Positions 1 to 8,327 of a DNA stretch of 24,656 bases are shown in pieces (within the stretch, counting starts at the first letter, position 1; each line of letters opens with the position of its first letter). The notes under the pieces are model-generated. The model saw only the letters and a list, made by a program, of their open reading frames with translations. It was not told where the DNA came from and made no database searches. The DNA lies in assembly GCA_048615025.1 (NCBI GenBank), contig JBMCLZ010000001.1:1-24656 (forward strand), in the 5' to 3' direction. The stretch comes from Candidatus Dojkabacteria bacterium. GTDB lineage: Bacteria; Patescibacteriota; Dojkabacteria; CALFHW01. A program made the position numbers and the translations under genes.

Positions 1-1131
1 GGCGTATTTCACTCTCAGTCTTATGTCTTCGGCCCTACACCCAGAGAAATATATTTTATTAATTTTGGTGTAATTAAAATCCTCTAGTTTGGAATCCCAT
101 AACCAAGAGACATCCCGTCCATCTGCGACATTGTCGTTAATTAATATTATTAAATTGAAATTTTTTGGCAACTCGTTCAATAGATCGATTGTAAGATCAA
201 AACCCACAGGGTTTTTTACAAGAAAGATTTTATAATTACTTGTACCCACTCGCATTAGCTCCCCTCTGCCAAATGCTGGTGTTGTGCTTTCAGCGCTTTC
301 GTATACTTTATCCTTGGAGTAATCTTCGACTAGCTTTTTTGTAGCGGCAACTGCGTAGAGCAAAGGATAGGCGTTATAGATTCCAGGTAGCTGAAGATAT
401 ACCTTTCGTTCGCTGGTAGTAACTACGGTTTCTAAATTGCTGCTTATAGAGACTTCTTCTGCGACTTCGCTAATGTATTCGCTTAAACTGTCTCTTAATT
501 GTTTTCTGTCCTCATGTGCTTCGTACTCTATATGCTTATCGATTCCTGCAATTGAAACAAGAGAGAGCCTCTCAGAGAATGTTTTAATGCAGTCTAGTAC
601 GTGAGGATCGTCGTAGTTTGCAATTACTTCTGTCTTTGGCCAAGCTGCAATCGCGTCTTCTACATGCTTTTTTGTGCGACTTATTTCTCCGTATGCGTCT
701 AACTGATCCCTAAAGAAATTAGTTACGATTGCAATATCTGCCTTTATTTCTTCTGTTATTCTTGGGTAAGTTGCTTCTTCCACTTCAAAAATCGCATAGT
801 CTATGCGCTTGCTACTAAATAATGGAAGTTGCTTAACCAATTCTGAAATAAGCCCACGCTTAAGGTTTGCACCTTTACTATTTACAATAATCTTTTCATT
901 GGCAGATGTCTGGTCCTGCAATACCCTTGCTAATAAAGTTTGTGTGGTTGTCTTTCCGTTGGTGCCTGTAACTACGACTAATTTTTTAATATAGCTGCTA
1001 CGCACTTTTCTTAAAAAGTTTGGGTCGATTTTTTCGACAATTAGCCCGGGTAGAGCTGTTCCTTCAGATCCACGCAAACGAAGGATTGCGGTTATAAATT
1101 TACCAACTAGCAAAGATAGGAAAAGCCTCAT
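1..1131 (-). CDS. murT: MurT-like Mur ligase family protein (lipid II isoglutaminyl synthase subunit, DUF1727 C-terminus); partial, runs off the window start
   Basis: Not in the ORF track. Manual translation from ATG at 1131 (TGATG overlap with the dnaE stop) stays open to position 1 (377 codons): MRLFLSLLVGK...GTALPGL...VVVTGTNGKTTT (P-loop)...KGANLKRGL...FEVEEA...TNFFRDQLDAYGE...LVKNPVGF...INDNVADGRDVSWLWD...GCRAEDIRLRVKYA. These are the characteristic MurT motifs. Confidence 0.9.
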   Translation of the reverse strand, partial: MRLFLSLLVGKFITAILRLRGSEGTALPGLIVEKIDPNFLRKVRSSYIKKLVVVTGTNGKTTTQTLLARVLQDQTSANEKIIVNSKGANLKRGLISELVKQLPLFSSKRIDYAIFEVEEATYPRITEEIKADIAIVTNFFRDQLDAYGEISRTKKHVEDAIAAWPKTEVIANYDDPHVLDCIKTFSERLSLVSIAGIDKHIEYEAHEDRKQLRDSLSEYISEVAEEVSISSNLETVVTTSERKVYLQLPGIYNAYPLLYAVAATKKLVEDYSKDKVYESAESTTPAFGRGELMRVGTSNYKIFLVKNPVGFDLTIDLLNELPKNFNLIILINDNVADGRDVSWLWDSKLEDFNYTKINKIYFSGCRAEDIRLRVKYA

Positions 1132-4100
1132 CAGATTGAATACTTTTCTAATTTAATTACCAAGTCTCTACTGTATTTTACTGTTGTCTGAAACTTTTTC
1201 GGTTGGGTCTCGCTACCATAAAATACTACAAGCTTAACATTACCACCATGGTTGTCTGCTATTAACTGGCGTACTTGTTGTATTTCCTCGACATCCTGAA
1301 CTTTGCATATGTCTATTTTAAGCTCATTCTTTGCTTCAACCGACTTTGCAGGATAAATATCTTCGACGATTAGGCTGAGTTTATCGTCTCGTTCATTTAG
1401 CTGCGCGAACACCAAAACAGCTTCACCTTCATTAAGTTTATCCTTAAGCTCCTCGTAGGCTTTTGGGAAAACTACAGCTTCAACCTGCCCCTCTTGGTCT
1501 TCTAAGGTAATTATTGCCATTGGCCTGCTTCCTGCCTTGGTTAATAAGTTTTTCTTTGCCGCAATCAATGCCAAAAACTTATACCTTTGGCCTTCCTTAA
1601 AACTTGTCTGGCTAATATTTGTTGCGGAGATTAGTTCACGAAGACTGAATATCTCTGGATTAAGTGTAATTTGGGAGTAGTAGTCGAGCGGGTGTGCAGT
1701 CACAAATGTGTTTAGAAGCTCCCTTTCCCAAGCGATTTTTTGCTTGTCGTCTATATCGTCGAGTTCAGGAAGTTTTGTTTTGTCGAAAACCCCTCTCTTA
1801 CCTTCACCTTTATCATCACTATCACCCCCAAATAGAGTGTTTTGCCCAATAGCTTCGTGGGCAAAAGACTTGGCTGCTTTTTCGTAAGCAGTTTCCAATA
1901 TTGCTATAAGCTGGTTTCTCTGGGCAAAAAGGTCGAACGCTCCAATCTTTATAAGACACTCGATAGCTTTTTTGGTAAACTTATACCCGATCGTACGCTT
2001 AAGAAAGTCGTCGAAATCTTCGTAGTTTCCATTTTCTTTGCGCTCTTTCAGTAACTGGTGAATCATTTTATCACCCACATTCTTAACAGCACCTAAGCCA
2101 AAGCGAATGTATCCTCCTTTTTCGATTGTGAAGTAGGAGTCAGACTTATTAATATCTGGAGGTAGTATTGTGAAATTCATTTTTCTTGCTTCACTCATAT
2201 CGATGGCAATCCTGTCGGGATCGTTAATATCTGAGTGCATCAGACCTGTCATAAATTCTATGGGGTAGTTGGCTTTAAGATATGCGCACCAATAGGCGAC
2301 CAAAGCATAGCTTGCACCATGAGCTTTGTTGAACCCATAGTCTGCAAAAGGCAGCAGGTACTCCCAAATTTTATCTGCAATATCCTGGTCGTAGCCTTTT
2401 GCCATCACCCCCTTTTTGAACCTTGGCTCCTCTTCGTTCATGATTTTGATTTTCTTTTTTCCCATGGCGCGTCTTAGTAAATCTGCGTGTCCCATACTGT
2501 AACCAGCGATGTCTACTGAAATTTTGATCACTTGCTCCTGATAAATTGCAAAACCATATGTTTTTTCTAATATTGATTTCATCTCTGGGATCAGATATTC
2601 TGGCTCTTTTCTCCCATGGCGACACTCGATATAGTCCGGGATGTATTTCATTGGCCCAGGCCTGTATGCAGAGACCATAAAACATAGATCTTCTAGGTTT
2701 TCTGGCTGCAGTTCTTTTAGATACTTTTGCATCGGTGGCGATTCAAACTGGAACACTCCGATAGTTTCACCCCTCCCAAATAGCGCAAATGTTTTTTCGT
2801 CGTCTAGTGGAATTTGTTTAGTGTCTATTCTAACTCCGTGGTACTTTTCGATTAGTTCAATCGTGTTTTTTATGATTGTAAGGTTTCTCAAGCCCAGAAA
2901 GTCGAATTTCATTAAGCCTAATTCTTCTATCCAAACTCCTTCTGCTTGAGTAATCACCTTCTCAGAGTTTTTCTTACTAGTTTCATATTGTACAGAAACA
3001 TAATTAGTTATTTCTTCTGGGGTGATTAGGTATCCGCAAGCATGCGTAGAGACGTGTCGTGCCATCCCCTCGATTTTCACAACGGTGTCTTTTAGTTTTT
3101 GCAGCTCTGGTGAAGAGTTTACCAGAGTTGCAAATTCTGGGTCGTCTTGCATCATCTTCGATATCGGTTTAACTTTCCCAAAAATTACGTGAACCATTTT
3201 CGAAAGCTTATCTGCTAGCTTTAGATCTATACCCATGACGCGCGCCACGTCTCTGATTGCAGCTTTTGTTTTCATTCTTCCTATTGCACAGATAGCAGCG
3301 ACATTCTCTCGACCATACTTCTCTTCTACATAAGCAATAACCTCGTCTCTTCTATCGTCTTGGAAGTCCATGTCGATATCAGGCGGGCTAGGTCGCTCTG
3401 GATTTAGAAAGCGCTCGAAGTATAACTCCCAGCCAAGCGGTTCAACATTAATAATATCTAGACAATAAGCCACAACACTCCCTGCAACAGAGCCTCGAAC
3501 ACCTACAACAATGCCTTGAGATCTTGCCCACTTTATAATATCTGAAACAACCAAAAAGTAGTCGTCATATCCTTTTTCGTGAATCACATCCAGTTCGTAC
3601 TCAATTCTCTCTTCCAACTTCTTGTCGACATCGTCGTACATGCTTTTTGCGCCTTCGTAAACTTGTTTTTTTAGCAGTTCCTGTGCACTTTTCCCTTTCT
3701 CGTCTGCTTTTGTGGCAATATAATGAGGCTGCACTCGGTCGTAACTAATATCGAACTGTTCGATTTTTTCGTTAATTTCGTTGGTCAGATCTAATACCTC
3801 AGGAATGTCTTGAAAATGTGCTTTCATTTCCTCTGGGGTTTTTACATAAGTGTCGAGGTATCCGATGCGGTGCTTCGGGTCGGTTAGTTCCCGACCATCT
3901 TTAATTGCCAGTATGACTTCCTGTGTAAGCTTATCTTCCTGATTAAGATAGTGTGCGTCTGTGGTTGTAATTAGCTTAATCCCACGCTCTGCAGACAGTT
4001 CTCTAAGCCTTTTGTTAACCTTCATTTGCCTCTTCATCGTGTCTATATGCTCCGCAATCACTCCCTTACCAAACTCTTCTTTCCACTCATCGCTATTATG

Positions 4101-4634
4101 AAACCCATTTCGTTGTATTTCTAGATAGAAGTCATCCCCATACGTGTCTAAGAAAAACTGGAGCCATTCTTCCATCTTCTCTGGCTCATCTCTGAGTATG
4201 TGCCTGGAAAGAGGACCTGCAAGACAAGCAGAAGTTGCAATTAGACCTTCCGAGTATTTTTTTAGAGTCTCTTTATCTACTCTAGGTTTATAGTACATTC
4301 CTTCTAGCTGCCCGACCGAAACAAGTTTGTTCAGGTTGCGGTAGCCAATGGCATTCTTGGCAAGGACAAGCAAATGATAATACTTTATTCCATCTACAGG
4401 TTGTCTTATTGTTCTTTTGTCTGGAGCAAGATATAGCTCACAACCTAAAATTGGCTTAATTCCAAAATCTTTCGCAGTGATCCAAAACTCACTAGCGCCA
4501 TACATCACTCCGTGGTCGGTAATTGCAACTGCTTCCATGCCAGTTTCTTTAACCTTTTCCATAAGAGGAACCGAGCGATTAAGCCCGTCTAGCAAGGAAT
4601 ATTCAGTGTGTAGATGCAGATGTGTAAAGCTCAT
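1131..4634 (-). CDS. dnaE: DNA polymerase III alpha subunit (DnaE type)
   Basis: 1167 aa. PHP domain (HLHLHTEYSLLDG, AITDHG, GCELY, TTDAHY), RGSVAGS, catalytic PDIDMDF, KFDFLGL, GVFQFES, YGFNKAH, clamp-binding QNTLF, C-terminal OB fold. No intein apparent. Confidence 0.98.
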   Translation of the reverse strand: MSFTHLHLHTEYSLLDGLNRSVPLMEKVKETGMEAVAITDHGVMYGASEFWITAKDFGIKPILGCELYLAPDKRTIRQPVDGIKYYHLLVLAKNAIGYRNLNKLVSVGQLEGMYYKPRVDKETLKKYSEGLIATSACLAGPLSRHILRDEPEKMEEWLQFFLDTYGDDFYLEIQRNGFHNSDEWKEEFGKGVIAEHIDTMKRQMKVNKRLRELSAERGIKLITTTDAHYLNQEDKLTQEVILAIKDGRELTDPKHRIGYLDTYVKTPEEMKAHFQDIPEVLDLTNEINEKIEQFDISYDRVQPHYIATKADEKGKSAQELLKKQVYEGAKSMYDDVDKKLEERIEYELDVIHEKGYDDYFLVVSDIIKWARSQGIVVGVRGSVAGSVVAYCLDIINVEPLGWELYFERFLNPERPSPPDIDMDFQDDRRDEVIAYVEEKYGRENVAAICAIGRMKTKAAIRDVARVMGIDLKLADKLSKMVHVIFGKVKPISKMMQDDPEFATLVNSSPELQKLKDTVVKIEGMARHVSTHACGYLITPEEITNYVSVQYETSKKNSEKVITQAEGVWIEELGLMKFDFLGLRNLTIIKNTIELIEKYHGVRIDTKQIPLDDEKTFALFGRGETIGVFQFESPPMQKYLKELQPENLEDLCFMVSAYRPGPMKYIPDYIECRHGRKEPEYLIPEMKSILEKTYGFAIYQEQVIKISVDIAGYSMGHADLLRRAMGKKKIKIMNEEEPRFKKGVMAKGYDQDIADKIWEYLLPFADYGFNKAHGASYALVAYWCAYLKANYPIEFMTGLMHSDINDPDRIAIDMSEARKMNFTILPPDINKSDSYFTIEKGGYIRFGLGAVKNVGDKMIHQLLKERKENGNYEDFDDFLKRTIGYKFTKKAIECLIKIGAFDLFAQRNQLIAILETAYEKAAKSFAHEAIGQNTLFGGDSDDKGEGKRGVFDKTKLPELDDIDDKQKIAWERELLNTFVTAHPLDYYSQITLNPEIFSLRELISATNISQTSFKEGQRYKFLALIAAKKNLLTKAGSRPMAIITLEDQEGQVEAVVFPKAYEELKDKLNEGEAVLVFAQLNERDDKLSLIVEDIYPAKSVEAKNELKIDICKVQDVEEIQQVRQLIADNHGGNVKLVVFYGSETQPKKFQTTVKYSRDLVIKLEKYSI

Positions 4635-5290
4635 AAACCATTATAGTACCTCTCCATTCTTTCGGAGTGATACGGATAGTTTACAATTCCATAAGCTTTA
4701 GCTAAGGCAGTAAAATTTGTGCCATAAACATTAGTATAATCCCGGGCAATTTTCGGTATGATATCTCTAAAAGCTGCTTCAAAACCAGAATATTGCACGC
4801 CGTTTAGGTATCCAAAGCAGTTATGTCTCTTATACGGGACTGCACAAAATCCAGACTCTACTCCCATAATTGCTACAATTGCTTTGTAGTCTGTATTGGA
4901 AGCTTCTGAGATCTCAATTATTAATGAAGCGTAGTAATCTGTCGCTACAGGTGATCCTTGATTTCTTAAATAAGACACCAGTTTATCCCTCTTTTCTTTT
5001 TTCTCCCTTGCTTTTGTAACTTCCTGCTCTAGGTTTCTGTAAAACTTGTCTATTTCGGCTTGTTTTTCACTCACTTTCTGCTCAATTGATGCAGTAGTAA
5101 TGGTTACTTCAGAATCAATTCCTAAAACATTGCCATAAGACTCTTGAGATGGCTCTAGCCTGATTCTTATTTCGCTTTCTTTTTGTTTTTGCGGGACTTC
5201 AGCAGCAATTATTAACTCCGTGGGAAGGAGGTAAAGACTAGTTATGGCAATAGCCACCAGACTAGCTATCTGCTTTATCTTTTGATTCAT
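4631..5290 (-). CDS. Secreted or membrane-anchored lysozyme-fold protein (glucosaminidase/SLT-like putative peptidoglycan hydrolase)
   Basis: Preferred start is the ATG at 5290 (MNQKIKQIASLVAIAITSLYLLP, a signal-like segment); the ORF track starts at 5341. A coiled-coil linker is followed by IVAIMGVESGFC...HNCFGY...YSGFEAAF, a lysozyme-like catalytic Glu motif. ATGA overlap with dnaE. Confidence 0.6.
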   Translation of the reverse strand: MNQKIKQIASLVAIAITSLYLLPTELIIAAEVPQKQKESEIRIRLEPSQESYGNVLGIDSEVTITTASIEQKVSEKQAEIDKFYRNLEQEVTKAREKKEKRDKLVSYLRNQGSPVATDYYASLIIEISEASNTDYKAIVAIMGVESGFCAVPYKRHNCFGYLNGVQYSGFEAAFRDIIPKIARDYTNVYGTNFTALAKAYGIVNYPYHSERMERYYNGL

Positions 5291-6764
5291 CGACCTCTTC
5301 ACTATCGGTTTCAGTCTTCCTAATATCTGTTTGATTTTCATTATACAGCTCTTTTTCTTCTTCGGTTAGTAAACCCTCCTCGTATTCTGGTGCATCTTTT
5401 TTATTAGTTTCTACCTGTTTTTCTGCCACAGTTTTCTTCTTTCTTTTTTTGTAGTAGAAATATGCTCCGACACTAGCTGTTGATGATATGCCTAAAAGAA
5501 TCACGATAATAAGCACAATAGTAAATGCATTTGAAGCCGAGTTATCTGAAGGTGCATCGTAGTCTATAGTTACATTATCTGTTGTAGTCTCACCGTTTGC
5601 TAAGCTTACTGTAAGGCGTAACTGGTTATCCCCTTCCTCTAGAGTTACGGTGTCCCTAACCACCCCATCTTCGTCTGGTGTAGAGCCAAAATCTATAACT
5701 TCACCACCATTCCTTAGCTCAATTTCAGCGTCTAAGTTGTCAACTCTAACTTCCAGCTCAATCTCGCTTTGTTTTATAGTGATTTCTGGGGTAACACTAC
5801 CCTCTTCATTACTTTCGAATAAGTAGTTACTTTTGTCCTCAGGATCGATTACAAGTAATTTCGCCCTTGGGACTAATGAATAGTTCGAAAATCCTGGCAC
5901 TGAAAAGCTAAGTACGTTGTCTTCGTAGTTTATTGTCTCTGGGCTAAAGGTTTCTCCTTCTCTTTCTATGAGTGCAATTTCTGCAAAATCTGCTTCAGTA
6001 TCTGCAACATCTGTTTCAGTCTCTGGCATCTCTTCTGCAAACTGGAACCCCTCTGCGAGGCGAATGCCGCTCATTTCTATTCTCGCAGGAGCATCAAATT
6101 TATCTAGCTCAGATGTATCGAAACTAACTTCACCTCTGGTTTCTAAGTCGATAAATTGCCCTATATTAGTAATATTCTCGTATTCTTCGAAGTTTTCTAG
6201 ATTCAACCCTTGGGTATAAACAATCCTATTTACTCCTGGGTTATCGAAGGTGAAATTTTGCACATTAGACAGCTGTTCTGGTGAAAGCTGCGAGATGATT
6301 GTAGTCGTACTACCAATTTTCGTGAGCTTATCTGGGAACTCGATAGACCTTATCGCCTCTAGATTCTCATCTACATCTGGAGGTCTTAGCTGTAGTTGGA
6401 AAACAACACTCTCCTGTTGATTACTTTCGCTTAGTTCGACTAGCCTACTCGAATTCACTCCAACAATTTCGTATTCGCTATTGCTTGAAAGTTTTAAAGT
6501 TACAGTAAACTGGCCTTCGTTTAAATCATCAAAAACTACTACTTCACCTTGTTCAGAAACAATAGCTTGTGGATTGCTATCCCCACCAATCTCAAATGTG
6601 ATCCCACCAATTATTTCCCCTCCAAATTCTGCACTAGCTCTTATTTCGTACTGCTCAGTAGTTGCCTGCTCTTCCTCCTCTTCCTGAACTCCGTTTTGCG
6701 AAAGTACTGGGGAGATCGTAATTAGAAATAGAAAAGTAAGCAAGAGTGTGAATATTTTCTTCAT
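5262..6764 (-). CDS. Acidic multidomain cell-surface protein: signal peptide, beta-sandwich/Ig-like domains, C-terminal TM anchor
   Basis: 500 aa. N-terminal signal peptide (MKKIFTLLLTFLFLITISPVLSQ), E/D-rich beta-strand patterns (SEQGEVVVFDDLNEGQFTVTL; LSFSVPGFSNY; VTLEEGDNQLRLTV), TM helix AFTIVLIIVILLGISSTASVGAYFYY followed by KKRKKK, and an acidic tail. Confidence 0.7.
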   Translation of the reverse strand: MKKIFTLLLTFLFLITISPVLSQNGVQEEEEEQATTEQYEIRASAEFGGEIIGGITFEIGGDSNPQAIVSEQGEVVVFDDLNEGQFTVTLKLSSNSEYEIVGVNSSRLVELSESNQQESVVFQLQLRPPDVDENLEAIRSIEFPDKLTKIGSTTTIISQLSPEQLSNVQNFTFDNPGVNRIVYTQGLNLENFEEYENITNIGQFIDLETRGEVSFDTSELDKFDAPARIEMSGIRLAEGFQFAEEMPETETDVADTEADFAEIALIEREGETFSPETINYEDNVLSFSVPGFSNYSLVPRAKLLVIDPEDKSNYLFESNEEGSVTPEITIKQSEIELEVRVDNLDAEIELRNGGEVIDFGSTPDEDGVVRDTVTLEEGDNQLRLTVSLANGETTTDNVTIDYDAPSDNSASNAFTIVLIIVILLGISSTASVGAYFYYKKRKKKTVAEKQVETNKKDAPEYEEGLLTEEEKELYNENQTDIRKTETDSEEVDESKDKADS

Positions 6765-8077
6765 TAATCTAGTTTAATATTTTTACTAATATTCAATATA
6801 ATACCAATTCCAACGGAACATGCAATAAACGAACTCCCCCCGTAGCTCATTAGCGGGAGCGTAATTCCTGTAAGTGGAATCAGACCCACATTCACTCCAA
6901 TATGCACGAGAGATTGGAAAAATATCCAGGCAGTGATTCCAACTAGAATTAGGTATTGATTCTTATTATCTGCAAATGATGCAATTTTTAGTGTTCTTGT
7001 GCTTAGGACAAAGTAGGCTGAAACGACTGCTAGGGAACCGATTAGACCGAACTCTTCTGCGATAACGGCAAAGATAGTGTCTGTAAAAGCTGTCTCCTGT
7101 AGGTAGAAGTATTTTTGTCTTGATTGCCCGAATCCGTAGCCATCGAGACCACCACTACCCACAGCTGTAAGGATTTGTGTTACCTGATAACCAGAACTAA
7201 GCGGGTTCTCTGTAGTTCCAGTTTCTAAAATCTGAAGATAGTTTTCTATACGTTCCATCCGGTAGCCCTCGCTCATTGTAAAAACCGCTCCCAAGAGTGT
7301 TGCTAGGAGAACCATTGCCACAAGAGTTATGTGATTATACTTATGATGATCTCCCATAAACATCATTACCAGAGTAATAACGGCAATAACTCCTGTAGCT
7401 GCTAAGTCTCCACCGACTAGAATTAGCACCATAAGCGGGAGTGCTATAACACCTGCGGGAATTAGCCTCTTTTCTAAGTAATCTTGGTATTTTTTGTATT
7501 CGATAGTTTTCGAAAGCAGTCCTGCAAGATAAAGAACTAGCACAGGCTTAGCGATCTCAGATGGTTGCAGGCTAAAAGGTCCAATAAGTATCCATTGTTT
7601 TGTTCCATTAATCTCCCCAGGTAAGAGCAAGACAATTACGAGCAAGGCAATTGCCACTCCGAGACCAGGAATTGCAAGTGAGTTTATTATCTTGATCGGC
7701 ATTCTGTAGAATATATAGCCAAGTAATCCGCCTAGTAGGATCCAAATACCTTGCATAATAAAGAAATGAAATGCATTTCCGTCGTGCAGAATGGTTCCAT
7801 CTCTTTGGCTAGCAACGTAAAACGAACCAGAGTAGATCATAATCCAGCCAAAAAAAGTAAGTATAAGAGCAGTAAATAGAACGATCTTGTCTGGGCCGTA
7901 GTTTTGGGATGATTCTCTTTTACTGCTTTTTCTTTCTCCTTTGCTCGCTATCTTAAAGCTGTCAAGCAGGCTCTTGAGACGAGCTTGCTTCCTCTTTTTC
8001 TGATGCTGCTTCGCTCTAGTGTTGCTCAATGCAAAATTAGAAGACGATTTTTGTTTCTTCTTACCCTTTCTTCCCAT
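6764..8077 (-). CDS. ftsW: SEDS-family peptidoglycan glycosyltransferase (FtsW/RodA), most like FtsW
   Basis: About 10 TM helices; GWIMIYSGS, INGTKQWI, SLQPSEIAK, SGYQVTQILTAVGSGGLDGYGFGQSRQKYFYL, TDTIFAVIAEEFG, TGITLPLMSYGGSS. FtsW versus RodA cannot be fully resolved by eye. Confidence 0.88.
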   Translation of the reverse strand: MGRKGKKKQKSSSNFALSNTRAKQHQKKRKQARLKSLLDSFKIASKGERKSSKRESSQNYGPDKIVLFTALILTFFGWIMIYSGSFYVASQRDGTILHDGNAFHFFIMQGIWILLGGLLGYIFYRMPIKIINSLAIPGLGVAIALLVIVLLLPGEINGTKQWILIGPFSLQPSEIAKPVLVLYLAGLLSKTIEYKKYQDYLEKRLIPAGVIALPLMVLILVGGDLAATGVIAVITLVMMFMGDHHKYNHITLVAMVLLATLLGAVFTMSEGYRMERIENYLQILETGTTENPLSSGYQVTQILTAVGSGGLDGYGFGQSRQKYFYLQETAFTDTIFAVIAEEFGLIGSLAVVSAYFVLSTRTLKIASFADNKNQYLILVGITAWIFFQSLVHIGVNVGLIPLTGITLPLMSYGGSSFIACSVGIGIILNISKNIKLD

Positions 8078-8134
8078 AGACAGTACAAATTTATAACATT
8101 CTAGCAGCTAGTTTTTCTATGAGGCGGTATGATG

Positions 8135-8140
8135 TATAAT
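8135..8140 (+). promoter_or_regulatory. Putative -10 box (TATAAT) for tRNA-Val
   Basis: Perfect TATAAT about 30 nt upstream of the tRNA 5' end. No clear -35. Confidence 0.5.
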
Positions 8141-8169
8141 TCTTCTTAGTTGATTGAATCAGTCTTGGC

Positions 8170-8242
8170 GGGCAGTTAGCTCAATTGGTAGAGCACTCGG
8201 CTTACATCCGAGCGGTTATAGGTTCAAGTCCTATACTGCCCA
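8170..8242 (+). tRNA. tRNA-Val (anticodon TAC), CCA not encoded
   Basis: Cloverleaf: acceptor GGGCAGT/ACTGCCC, D stem GCTC/GAGC, anticodon stem CTCGG/CCGAG with loop CT-TAC-AT, T arm ATAGG-TTCAAGT-CCTAT, discriminator A followed by TTC. Confidence 0.97.
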
Positions 8243-8265
8243 TTCTCCTAGAATCGTTTATTTTG

Positions 8266-8294
8266 TTGTAAAGATGACAGAATCTTAGTATATT
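8266..8294 (+). promoter_or_regulatory. Putative sigma70 promoter for the HD-domain gene (-35 TTGTAA, 17 bp spacer, -10 TATATT)
   Basis: TTGTAA 8266-8271, spacer 8272-8288, TATATT 8289-8294; predicted start site near 8301. Confidence 0.45.
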
Positions 8295-8303
8295 AATACT
8301 TCC

Positions 8304-8327
8304 TAGCTAATTTGTTAGCTAATTAGC
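8304..8327. repeat. Nested inverted repeats TAGCTAA-N4-TTAGCTA and palindrome GCTAATTAGC (possible operator or 5' UTR hairpin)
   Basis: TAGCTAA 8304-8310 and TTAGCTA 8315-8321 are exact reverse complements; 8318-8327 is a perfect 10-bp palindrome. Confidence 0.55.

Noticed and set aside
803-994. 63-aa plus-strand ORF in the track
   Set aside because: Antisense shadow of murT, which has clear conserved motifs on the minus strand.
1131-4634. Intein or intron in dnaE
   Set aside because: The length of 1167 aa is normal, with no splice-junction motifs or endonuclease-sized insert.
1842-4701. Short ORFs within dnaE (1842-2054, 2235-2477, 2371-2685, 2641-2949, 4417-4701)
   Set aside because: Antisense or alternate-frame shadows of a highly conserved gene, with no recognisable motifs.
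8170-8300. tRNA-Val as the attachment site of an integrated island
   Set aside because: No duplicate of the tRNA 3' end, no integrase and no obvious compositional shift were seen in the window. An att site beyond the window cannot be excluded.
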